From: Vicugna vicugna
Lineage: Eukaryota
Direction: 5' to 3'
NCBI GenBank assembly: GCA_013265495.1
Contig: MU058844.1
Location: forward strand, 5,496,344 to 5,560,343
DNA: 64,000 nucleotides
The translations under genes were made by a program, and so were the position numbers. A model generated the notes under the pieces. That model ran no database searches. It worked only from the letters and a program-made list of their open reading frames with translations, and was not told where the DNA came from. Below are positions 11,511 through 22,530 of the stretch, piece by piece (within the stretch, counting starts at the first letter, position 1; every line of letters begins with the position of its first letter).

Positions 11511-14500
11511 TTATCACTCTGTCAACTTAGTAGAACCGATAGGCCAAAGCCAACTCTATCTAAAATCACTACGTGAAGAAACTTTGAATAATGAGACCAG
11601 ATCAAGCAGTAAGTTGTTTATGAAAATAAATGCATAAAATATCATTCATGTTAAGCACAATATAGTTATCCAGAAACAGCCAGGCTTTATGATGCAGCCC
11701 AATGCATACTAAAGCCATAGCATTGCCAAGCTCTTAAATTATAAGCATTTTGGTGTATGATTGAGTCTACAGGTTGTCTAATAAATGTATACTCAGTTAT
11801 TACCATTGATTATTGCAGTTCTGTTCCTCTAAATAGAGTCTGCAACTTTTTTTCCTTCTTAGCCTTGTCCAAAGTATAGAAACTTCAGTCACTTACTCTA
11901 ATGGCTAGAAAATGTATCCTATTCTGAGTTAAGGAACCCATGAAAATAACTGTAGTATCCTGACTGACATAATTTTTAAACAGAAGTTCAGGTATCAAGA
12001 AAATTAGTGTAAATTTGCCATTCACCAATTTGATGATTCCATAGGGTTAAATAATCCATTAGCCAATTTATAAGGCCAGTTGTCCAAATTCCATTAACTA
12101 GCATGCCAGTGCACTGTGAACTTCACATTTATCAAAACATTTTTTATTTTTCTTACTTTAAAATTTTGAGCTATTACCAATAGCTATAAGAACAAAACTC
12201 TTAATAAATATTAAGTTAAACATTTAATTTCAGAAGTAATTAAAATGTAAAACTTTAAGTGATGTGAATAAAATAGAGAGCATTTGCCCTATTATGCTAT
12301 CTTAGGGGAGAAATCTGTGAAAAAGAAAGAAAGAAAAAAAAGAAAAACCTTCTGTTCTGAGCTCTACAATTCTATAACTGAAAGATTAGAAAGTCTGAAA
12401 GAAAAGTGTCTTGAATGTAAAAATCTTAAACTTGAGAAGTTTGAGAGTTAAATTTTAAACCTGCAGTAGGTTGTCTTCCTTGTCTTAACTGTGAATGAAG
12501 GAAAGGGCAATCAGTAAACAGAGAAGCCCTTTACCAAATACGGCATTAATGACTGCACGCAATACCTAGCATCACACTGGGAAGCAAATTGGTAGTCATT
12601 GGAGACTGCTGAGCCTTGGTGAGATGTTCCCTGAGGCTAAAACCAATCAACAGCCGGGCTATTCCATACCCCACGAAGCCTAAGAGTGGTTTCCAGGGGT
12701 AACCTCTTTGAGAGCACATTTGAATAATCTAATTTGGAGTTTCAAAAGTGGGGGAAATGGTGGACACACCACATGTTAACTGGCATAATTTCTTAAATTG
12801 CTATAGAAGGATGCTCACATCTGATACAGTTTATGATGCATGTTTTAAAACAAAACCAATGTTGCATAACCTGTTTGATATTGTACAAATACACACTTCA
12901 GTTTCAGTGCTCTGCTCTTTTCTCTAAAGGTGAGTTTACTTCTTTTCTGAGTACTTGAAATGTCACCCCTTTCTTTCTGAAAATAATGGAGTGGGCGGGT
13001 GCCTTTATCCTTAATAGTGTTAAAGAGATTTCAGAAGTTAACACACTGAAAATTTATAAATTCTCATGCATTCATTATGTTAGGAGTTGGTTGTTACTAT
13101 TTGTGTAAGAAATATTTATGAAACACGTATTAGGTACTACACATTGGCTAATAAGCCTGGAGTATGTATTATTTTCTTTAAGAGGATTGAAAAAGAAATG
13201 ATGTTCAAACCTTTAATAGGGCAATATTTCTTCTTTCAGAGGATTCATCCTTGAAAGGGGAAAAGTGAGCAAAATGCTTATGTTATGTGAACCTGTTCAG
13301 GCTATTAAATTGTCTATTGAAAGATGAGTATTTTAGAACTAATATATACTCAAATAAATGCTTTGAAATGAAGTTCTACAACATAAACTTAAATAACCTT
13401 CTAGAAAAGTAGAAGTTAGGAAGTTAAAGGGTACAACAAATAAGGTTGTTTAGTTCTCTTAGCTTCCTAAAAGTCAGTGTTCTTTCTAAAAGCATGCTAT
13501 GTTTCCCCAGGCAGTATATTTATTTTATTTATTCCTAGGAAACACATAGTATGTATTTGATTTCGCATTAATGATATAAGAACTTGGACAGGGATCCATC
13601 TACTGGGGCAGAGGTGGGACAGAAATAAGAGACTATGCATGTCCTGAGGCTTGTGAGAGACTGTCAAAAATAGGACAGTATAGAAGAATCTAGATCATTA
13701 GGTAAAAAATGAGAGTTAGTTGCTAATACCAGAGATTAAAAGGGCTTGGGTTTCAGGACAGGTGTCTAGACCTTAAAAAAAAAAAAAGGAGATAGTACAG
13801 CAATGACCAATTCTAAAGGAAAGGCTGTATTTCATTAGGTAGCTATGTAGTTCAATGTGTATTCTAATAGCAATGCTAGGCATTGTGTGCGAAAGGAAAA
13901 GGTAAAATTTATATGACCTTTAATTTGAAAGAGTCTCCATAAAAGCATACAAAAAAAAAAAAAAGCCCCCACCAAGTTAGTGGACCTAAGAGGAAAATTG
14001 GTGAAATGATAACAGACAACAAATGATAAGAATCAGGACTGAAGTATTTAAAAGAAGGTTGACAGTGCAGCTTACTTACTTGATGCTGAAGTATTAAGTC
14101 ATTGGCTCATAGTCCTTAAGTCTTCTCTTAAAGTAAGATAATTTTTGCCAGATATTGGAGCAAGTCTGGTGTCTGGCAATATGCATTAAATAGGCAAGGG
14201 ACTCATTGCCAAAGAGTGTATTACCTTACTTACAGTGTCACCAGGGGAAAGGAGAAGATAGACTACTCATGCTGGTGCTCAGTCATCTCGCTAATAACAG
14301 TATGGTCTTCGGGTACAGCAAATTGCTTTCTATCCAAAAATAACAATGGCATTTATTCCCAAAGTAGATTTTATTCAACTGCACAAGACTTCATAAGGGG
14401 AGACATTTCTCACCAAGGACATAATCTAGAATTGAAAAAAGTATTTTATGGAGCCAAGTGCAAGTGGGTATGTATAATGCACTTGTCCCTTTGGATCACA

Positions 14501-16170
14501 ATCAAGCATTCCAAAGAAGGAGAAGAAAAACAGTTTGTTTCCTAGCCTAACACCAATCTGTTTGTCTCTGTTAAACTGGAAGAGAGTTTTCTGTCTTTTT
14601 TTTTCAATTTGTTTTTAGTATTAATTAAAGTTGCTCACAGTGCTTTGATGTAATAGATTACATTATCAACTGTCAAAAGCTGATTATCAGAATTACAAGT
14701 CAATAAAGAGTTAAGTGAGTAGCAAAACGGAAAACAAATGGCCAAAAAGGCTGAAAGATACACCACAGTCTTAAATCTTTGACAGTATCTTAGAGACAAG
14801 TGGATGATTTATGATTATCTAAGAATGATAAATTTATAAATCCCAGAGTAATATTTTTGTTTCATTTTTGTATAAGTTTAAAGTATTGGTGAAATTAATT
14901 TCTTACCAGTCATCACCGAAATGAAACTTTAATACCAACATGATGCACTATAAAATAACTGTATTTTTAACAAACTTTCTAAGCTAAAGAGAAATTACAT
15001 TTTAATACTCTATATTCTTATTTGGCATAATACCTAGAAAGAAATAGAAGATAATATTTAAATCTATCTACTGAACATTTATATTTCCTAGAAAGGCAAA
15101 TAAGATTATTAAATATTTAAAGATAAGAAATTTCCTTTTTCTGAGAAAGTGAAATTAGCAGTACAATGAAGTCACCTCTGTTTTAAATTAATGATTGTTT
15201 TGTTAGCCATGCATTCTTCAGACTGACACTATAATTATTCATAATAGTAATCTTGCTTACTTTGATCTCATAAAAAGATATACATGGATTATCCTATCAT
15301 ACAATATTTTCAAATGCATTTCTTTAGTAGTATTCTCCTAGGAATAAAGGTAATATTTTTATAAAAAATAAAAGAAATTATATTATGCAGGGTCATGTTA
15401 CCTTTAATAACTTTCATGAAGTATAATTATATGTGGTCAAATACGTTTTAAGTGAACACTATGATTTGTCTTTTCTAAAATGTCATGTAAGCTGGAATCA
15501 TTCTCTAGGTACTCTTTCATGTCTGGGTTATTTTAAGTAGCATAATATTTTCTTGATTTATCCATTTTTTGTGTATGTATCAATAGTTTGTTTTTATTGC
15601 TGAATAGGATTCCATTGAATGGATAAACCATACTGAGTTGCAAATTCAGCTCTTGATAGACATTTGTTTCCAAGTGGGATTATATTGAGTAAAGTTGATA
15701 TAAATATTATTATGCAAGTCTCTGTGAGCAAATATGGTTTAATTTCTCTTGGGTAAAAACCTAAGATGGGTCATACTGTTAAGTATATGTTTGATTTTAT
15801 TAGGAACTCCCAGATGGTTTGCCAAGTTGCCACTTTCCTTCTAGCAATGTTTGCAACTACTGGTGCCACTCCATCCTCTTCAACACTTACTATTGAGATT
15901 TTCTGATTTTAGCCATTATAAAGGGTAGATGAGGTATCTCATCATTGTGATAATTTGCATTTCACTTATGAGTAATGAGGCTGAGTATATTTTTATGTGA
16001 TTACTGACCATTTGTGTAGATTCTCTCAATAGTGACCATTTAAATCTTTGACCCATTTCTTTACTTATTCTCTTGTTATTGATTTGGAAAAGGTATTTAT
16101 TTTGGATTCAAGTCTAGTATAGGACTCCTAGTCTGTGACTTGACTTTTCATTTTGTTAGAAGTTTTTTTT

Positions 16171-16390
16171 CAGTTGAAGTTAGTTGGTATACAATGTCAT
16201 GTTAATTGCTGGTGTACTGCATAGTGATTCAGTTATATATATATATATATTATTCCTTTTCAAATTTTTTTTCATTTTAGGCTATCACAAGGTATCAAAT
16301 ATATTTCCCTGTGCTATACAGTAGGACCTTGCTGTTTATCTATTTTACATATAGTAGTTAGTATCTGCAAATACCAAACTTTCAATTTAA
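16171..16390 (-). mobile_element. Cetartiodactyl/camelid L1 3' end, 5'-truncated
   Basis: ttgaagttagttggtatacaatg...ccctgtgctatacagtaggaccttg...gtatctgcaaat; TSD gttagaagtttttttt / attggaagtttctttt. Confidence 0.9.
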
Positions 16391-16511
16391 ATTGGAAGTT
16401 TCTTTTGAAGAGTAAAAATATTAAGCTTGATGAAGTCAACTCTATCAACCTTTGTTCTTTTATTGAACTTGAAGTCTGTGGTCTATCTAAGAAAATTTTA
16501 AGTGTTCCAAG

Positions 16512-16887
16512 TTTAATAAAGAGTCTGACTCCATTATTTCATGTGTTATGACAGTTTCCAAGTCTCACTTCTTCTTCCCATTTTGTCTCGTATCTGAGCA
16601 AGTTCATAAGAAAGTCTGGATGTGCCCTCCAGTAGCAAATGTAAGGGAACCTTTCCCTTGGCCCTACTCTCTATACTGTAAAAATACCAAGTCAGTCTCC
16701 TTTCCTGGTTTTCTCAAGCTATTTTTGGACCAAATTAATAAACCTGTCCTCCTGACCCGAAAAATCTTATAATATGACCAATACACTGTTTATACACTCT
16801 AAATGTGTTTGTGTGGTGTTATCAGTCTTGACATTTGAATCAAATTCTGTGTGGGGTCCATTCTGATTCTTCAGAGAGGCCATAACA
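16512..16887 (+). mobile_element. ERVL solo LTR (MER54-like)
   Basis: Starts tttaataaagagtctgactccatt, ends atcagtcttgacatttgaatcaaatt...ggccataaca; 5-bp TSD ccaag/ccaaa. Confidence 0.8.
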
Positions 16888-17010
16888 CCAAAGATGGTAA
16901 TACTTTCACCTGTATTTCCTTTCAAAATGGTAATAGTTTTAACTTTAGGTTTGGATTGATGGTCCATTTTGAGTTAGATAAACATGTCATGAATTAAGTG
17001 TACAGATCCA

Positions 17011-17280
17011 TTTTTTTATTGAGATATAATTCATATATTATAAAGTTCACTTTCTTAAAATGTACAGTGTGGTGGTCGTTCACATATTCACACAGTTGTG
17101 TAGCTATCACCATGATCTAATTCGAGAACACTTCCATTACCATCCAAAAAACTATGGTAGGTAACCCTACGTTTAACTTTTTGAGGAACTGCCAAATTCT
17201 TTTCTAAAATGCCTATACCATTTTAGATTCCTACTAGCAATATATGAGTGTTCCAATTTATCCACATTCTTGTAAACTGG
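17011..17280 (-). mobile_element. L1MB-like 3' end with internal deletion
   Basis: tttattgagatataattcatatattataaagttcac...cacagttgtgtagctatcacc joined directly to tttaactttttgaggaactgccaaa. Confidence 0.8.
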
Positions 17281-17365
17281 CACCTCATAAAAAATTAATT
17301 GATTGTAAATTTAAGTGTTTATATATGGAATCACAATTATAATCCATTAATCTATATGTCTATCC

Positions 17366-17505
17366 TGAGGAAGATTTTTACTTTTAAGAAAAAAAGTTAA
17401 AAGCAAAAATAACTGTCAGCATTAGTTTTGCGGGGAGTAGTTATAGAGACAGTGTGCACCCCAAGCAGTGAGAGTGGCACCTCCGAGCTCTCCCTGAGAA
17501 CTGCA
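17366..17505. mobile_element. Internal Tigger fragment lacking TIRs
   Basis: Collinear with 17947-18090 of the adjacent complete element (gagagtgg..c.cc.agctctccct.agaact). Confidence 0.75.
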
Positions 17506-17852
17506 GTCCCGCTGGGCAAGGCAGGTCCACACCTCAGGTCAAATCACATGGAAGTACGCTTTACCCAGCATGAAATCAAAGAGCGGCCACGTGACAAGGC
17601 TCAGTGTTTATGGTCTGGGAAACACCTCTTTCCGCAGAGAGATGGCATGGGGCTAGAAGGGGAATATTAGCTGAATAATCATAGGCCATACCCAGTCTCA
17701 GTAACAGAATCTTTACTGCATTTGTCAGACAAGGTTTACTGAATCAGATAGTTTTCCTGCCAAACTTCAAAGAGATTCTCCAATCTCAGTACTTTATAAA
17801 AATAAAAAAAAAAAGATTTTCTTGATAATAAGGTAAATATATAGTTTGCTTA

Positions 17853-18274
17853 CAGGTATTGCCCACTTTTTGAAAGTTCACTTCACGCCATTTCACTTTT
17901 ATGAAAGCTCTACACCAGTACCTGTTTTTGCTGATCAAAAGAAATCTGAAGAGGATTTTCACTTCTAAGAAGAAAGGTGAAAAGCGAAAATAGGGGTCAG
18001 TGTTTGTTTTGCATTGAGTAATTATAAAGGCAGGGTGTTCCCTAGACACACTGAGAGTGGTACTGCCAAGCTCTCCCTCAGAACTACACTTAGCATCTCA
18101 GCATCAAGCTGCCGTAGCTCTAAACTGTGTCTGTGAGAGTTTGTGCTTTGTTTTGATTTATCTTGTGTATCTATTAGCAAAGTGTATCTAAAGGTAATTG
18201 CTTCTTCACTTTAAGGTTTGGTTTAGGAAAGCTCTCATGGGGGCACTGTACTTTTGGATAGTAGGGGAAACCTG
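17853..18274. mobile_element. Tigger-family (TcMar) non-autonomous element, artiodactyl type
   Basis: TA|caggtattgcccacttttt ... tagtaggggaaacctg|TA: imperfect TIRs and TA duplication. Confidence 0.85.
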
Positions 18275-18284
18275 TACCTATAAT

Positions 18285-18735
18285 GTGACAGACATTTATG
18301 TTGGCCACCCAGCATCCAAGATAGCCTCATTTTCTTTTGTCTTCCTCTAATTTTCAGTCTCTCGAACTTCCTTTATGCTAGGATATCCATATTATACAAT
18401 TCTGGTCAGTGAAAATTTAACTGACCCATTTTGGAATAACACTTAAAAAAAAAAAACCTGACAAGGAAGCTTTACCCTTTTTCTTCAGCCATACTTCTTT
18501 CTGCCTTTGTCTAAATCAAATGTCATGCTTGAGAAATCAATAACCATCTGTCAACCAGGAAGTTGAAAGCTGGGTGCCAAAGATAATTGAGCTAAAATGA
18601 AAGGAGGCTGAATATTAATGAGATATTGGAGTTATTAGACTAACTCTGTACTTCCTGATACACGAGAGACACATCTGTCTGTGTGGTTAAGCTGTTGGAA
18701 GCTGGGCTTTCTATTACTTACAGCCTAATGTAGTT
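18285..18735 (+). mobile_element. MaLR solo LTR (MLT1J/K-like)
   Basis: tgtgacagacatttatgttggccacccagcatcc start; ggttaagctgttgg...gggctttctattacttacagcctaa end. Confidence 0.7.
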
Positions 18736-19171
18736 GTATGTAGCAAACTACAAGAGAAAAACAGAGGTTTCCATTGTAAATGTCTAAATTATCTTTGATA
18801 AATAATTGATCTGAGGTTGGTTGTTGTCATATCTACTTCTCTTTCCTAAGTGATTTTTTTTGAAATGCACTAATTTTTGAAATCAGTTTCTGCTGATCCT
18901 GCTCTTAGAGCCATAATCCATTCTTTTCTTCAATTAGAATTTCAGAAATTCTCAGTCTCTGCCAATAATTGCTTATTTTCTTTAATTTCCAAGTCTTTTA
19001 TTTATATACACATTTAAAAACAAAAATAGCAAAACTGCAATTTGTCTGTTTTCCTAAGATGATCATCCATTTATACCTAGCACCCAGTAGCACTCTTCTC
19101 TTGACAGGAAGAGTAAGTCCATTGGAGGTGTGACTTAAAAATAGATTCTCATCGAATAACATCATAACCTC

Positions 19172-19664
19172 TGTAACAAAGGCTGTCAGTTAGCCCATAG
19201 TATCCGTTTATCCTTTTTTTTTTTAACATCATAAAACTCTTGATTTTTTGCTGAATACATGGTCATCCAGATGAAGATTATATTTACCAAACTTCCTTGA
19301 AGTTAGATGTCACTAATTTCTGGCCAGTATCTAGGAGTGAGTGGTTTGTCAAACATCCTGAATATGTCATTGATAGGAACTGACATGACATTTTAATTTT
19401 CTTTTTTTTTTTTTTGCTTCCTTTTGCCTGAAGTCTGGATTTATGCCCCGAGCCCTACCTTGGATAATTTGTACAATTATTTCTCCCTAAGAATAATGAA
19501 AAAGAAAGCTGAAAAAGGCCAGAATTTGAAAAGATTTCAGGCTGCCTTACTAGCTTGAATTATGTGTATGTGAAATTTAACATGACAGAGAAATAAATTT
19601 ATTTTTGGCAGAATCCAAGGGTATCTGTAATACATTCAAATGAACCTATATTATAATTAAGACA
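19172..19664 (+). mobile_element. MaLR solo LTR (MLT1J-like)
   Basis: catggtcatccag...ttatatttaccaaacttccttgaagttagatg...ctaatttctggccagt; end acagagaaataaattt...aatgaaccta...taagaca. Confidence 0.7.
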
Positions 19665-20444
19665 AAGACCTTTACTGATTTTCCTTAACATTATTAAATA
19701 TATTAAATAACTTCCATAGCTACAAAACTTATAAGATATGTTTAATCATTTAACATCCCCTATTCTGTGCTTTATGATTGCTGTTATAAATATTCAGTGG
19801 AGGAAAATAAATTTAAAAAAGAAATCCAAGGACAGAGGAGTGGTGATCCTGGAAAAATGGCGTTAGTGCTGGCTCTGGCTTATATGAGAGTAGAATTTCA
19901 GATTGGCCTGAACTGTGATTTTCCTTAGGCTGACATACTCTAATCACACTTGGAAACTGAATATTAAATTCAACCTGGTCTATGGAGTTTTTTTGGTAAT
20001 GTGTTGGGGCTTTATTTAACAGGTCTTGAGTTGACAAAGGCAATAATAGGTGGAAAAGGTTCTAGTACAAGTAAACCATTTTACATAATTCATTATGCTA
20101 TTATCTGCTTGAACTGGGCCAGAATTTTGTTTCTCCAAACCAAACTGAGAATAGCTATGTCACCAAGAATATTCTCTGAGAAGGACCCAGAATTAGTTTC
20201 TTTAAGGATTTGACATAATCTGCCTTCCCAGTCAGGCATTACCAGTGCTAGAGCCTTGAGCCACAGTGAGGACTTGGAGGCTAAGGAAGCCACACATTAA
20301 ACGGCAACCATTCTACTTGTCCACCCTTCTGTATAACTGTATGTGTACGGATGAGATGTGTACTTGAATCAATAAAAATCAGATTATTCCTCTATGTATG
20401 CATCTTCCTTTTACTAAATAACACCAGTTAGTATGGGGGGGAGT

Positions 20445-20660
20445 CAGTGTATTCTAATGATCAAGACATTGGATTTTTAAACTGGCTTGCCCACTTATTA
20501 GCCTTGTGGAAGGCATCCACCATCCTGATGCCTCGGTTTTCTTATTGATAGAACAAGAGAATATTTGTACCTCTCTTAGGATTGTTGTGAGGATTAAATT
20601 AGTTTATACATGTAAAATAATTGTTGCAGTAGCACTGTTTGTATCAGCTATTATTATTAT
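20445..20660 (+). mobile_element. MIR SINE
   Basis: gcctcggttttcttatt...tacctctcttaggattgttgtgaggattaaattag; (ATT)n tail. Confidence 0.8.
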
Positions 20661-20779
20661 TATTATCACCATTATTTTATTTTTCATTTATTATTTTATC
20701 ACTTTTTACCAGCACAATTTGAAAGTGACCAAAAAAAAAAAAAACCCAAACAATTTAAAGTGCTCTCATTGATCAATTG

Positions 20780-21285
20780 ATTCATTCATTCATTTAGCTT
20801 TTATTTATTAAAGACCAAATATGTTCTGTTCACCTTTCAGAAACCTGGGGGCAAAGCAGTGAACAAAATTATATAAGATAAGCCAAGCAGTAGTAAGAAC
20901 TATGAAAAAAATTGAGGCAAATAAGGAGACATAAATTTAGAGTGGGAGACTATTTTTAAATAGGATTGTAAAGTCCATTATGAGTTGATAATAGGTAAGG
21001 AGAAGCTTAAATGAAACAAGGGAGTAGACTATGCAAGTATGTGTGAGAAGAACATTCCAGAAGAGGGAAAAGTAAATACTAAAGACCTGAGAGAGCAGTA
21101 TTCTTGGTATGTTACAAGAACAGGAAATGAAGCTTGGGGGGCCGGGACAGAATGATCCAAGGATAAATAGGTAGAGAAGCCTCAAGCTGTGTGCTGTGGG
21201 GCCTTCTACAATCCATTGCAGAGAACTAGTATTTCATCTGAAGGTTTTGAGCAGAGGAACCATCTGCTCTGCATTAGTTTTGCTT
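20780..21285 (-). mobile_element. L2 LINE 3' fragment
   Basis: tcattcattcattta start; gaagaacattccagaagagggaa; gaaggttttgagcagagga. Confidence 0.8.
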
Positions 21286-21470
21286 TTAAGGAAACATTTT
21301 ATCAAGTGTATATACATATGCAGTAAGTAGCTTGTTCACTTTCAATTACTGCTATAAAGTATTTCATCACACAATTATACTTAAATTTATGTATATGTTC
21401 TCCTGTAGGTGGGCATTTTGGTTGAGTCCGGTTTTTATCTGTTACGAATAATGCTGCTATGCATATTCTT

Positions 21471-21593
21471 TTTTTTTTTTTTTTTTTTTTTGGTGGAGGT
21501 ACTGGGGATTGAACCCAGGCCCTTGTGCATGCTGAGCATGCCAGTCTTCCAGTGAGCTCTACCCAACCCACCCCCAACCCACCCACACCCCCA
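21471..21593 (-). mobile_element. tRNA-derived SINE (Vic-1-like), short form
   Basis: Perfect 15-bp TSD gctatgcatattctt (21456-21470, 21594-21608); long pure T tail; B box ggttcaatcc on - strand. Confidence 0.9.
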
Positions 21594-22039
21594 GCTATGC
21601 ATATTCTTGCAGATTTCTTTTGGTGAACATATGTATGCATTTCTTTTGGTTATATACCCAGATATGGAATTCCTGGGTTATAGGGTAACACATGCTCAAT
21701 TTCAGTAGATGTGATAATTTTCAAACATAACAACAATGTATGAGAGTGACAATTATTCTGTATACTCACTAGGCATTGTTTGGTTAATTTGAGCCAGTCT
21801 GATGTTAAGTAATGGTGTCTTTTTTTTATTTAAATTTGACTGAATCTATGGCTAATGAATTTGAACACCTTCCCACATTCAGCCATTTGGATAGCCTAGA
21901 TTTGAAATGCCTTTTCACATTTCTTCCCTATGTTGAATTGAGTTATCTATACTGTATTTTACTCATTTGTGTATGACTTTTAGATGAGAATTCTTTAATG
22001 AAAATATACATTATAAATATCTTTTCCTATTCTATGGAT

Positions 22040-22530
22040 TTTTTAAACAGTAAACTTAATTTTTAGAGCATTTTTAGGTTTATAGGAAAATTGAGCAGAC
22101 CCAGCAGAGTTTCCATTACACCCCTCCCTGCACCAAACACATAGTTCTCCCTTCTTGTATTACTGTCATACACTTATTACAACTGATGAACCAACATTGA
22201 TACACTATTATTAACTAAAGTTCATAGTTTACATGAAGGTTCGCTCTTTGTGTTGTGCAGTCTTATGGATTTTGTCGAATGTATATCATGTATCCACCAT
22301 TATATTAGTATATGGAATAGATTCACTACCCTAAAAATCCCCTGTATTCCTCCTGTTGATTCTCCTTCCCACTCCCAAGCCTCTGACAACCACTAGTCTT
22401 TTTTTTTTGTTGTTGTTGTCTCTATAGTTTTGCCTTGGAATTCCAGATGTCATATATTTGGAATCACACAATATATAGCCTTTTCAGACTGGCTTCCTTC
22501 ATTTAACAATAAGCATTTAAGAGTCCTCCT
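22040..22530 (-). mobile_element. L1MC/MD-like 3' end
   Basis: tttttagagcatttttaggtttataggaaaattgagcaga...gatgaaccaacattgatacactattattaactaaagttcatagtttaca. Confidence 0.85.

Larger units (their letters stand above)
15440..17365 (-). mobile_element. Old L1 (L1M-class) fragment hosting nested insertions
   Basis: tttctcttgggtaaaaacctaag, ttttagccattataaagggtagatgaggtatctcat, taatttgcatttcacttatgagtaatgagg; collinear across the nested elements. Confidence 0.85.

Noticed and set aside
16544..16887. 7-bp inverted repeat TGTTATG...CATAACA suggesting a DNA transposon
   Set aside because: LTR similarity starts earlier, at 16512, and the ccaag/ccaaa TSD fits an ERVL solo LTR.
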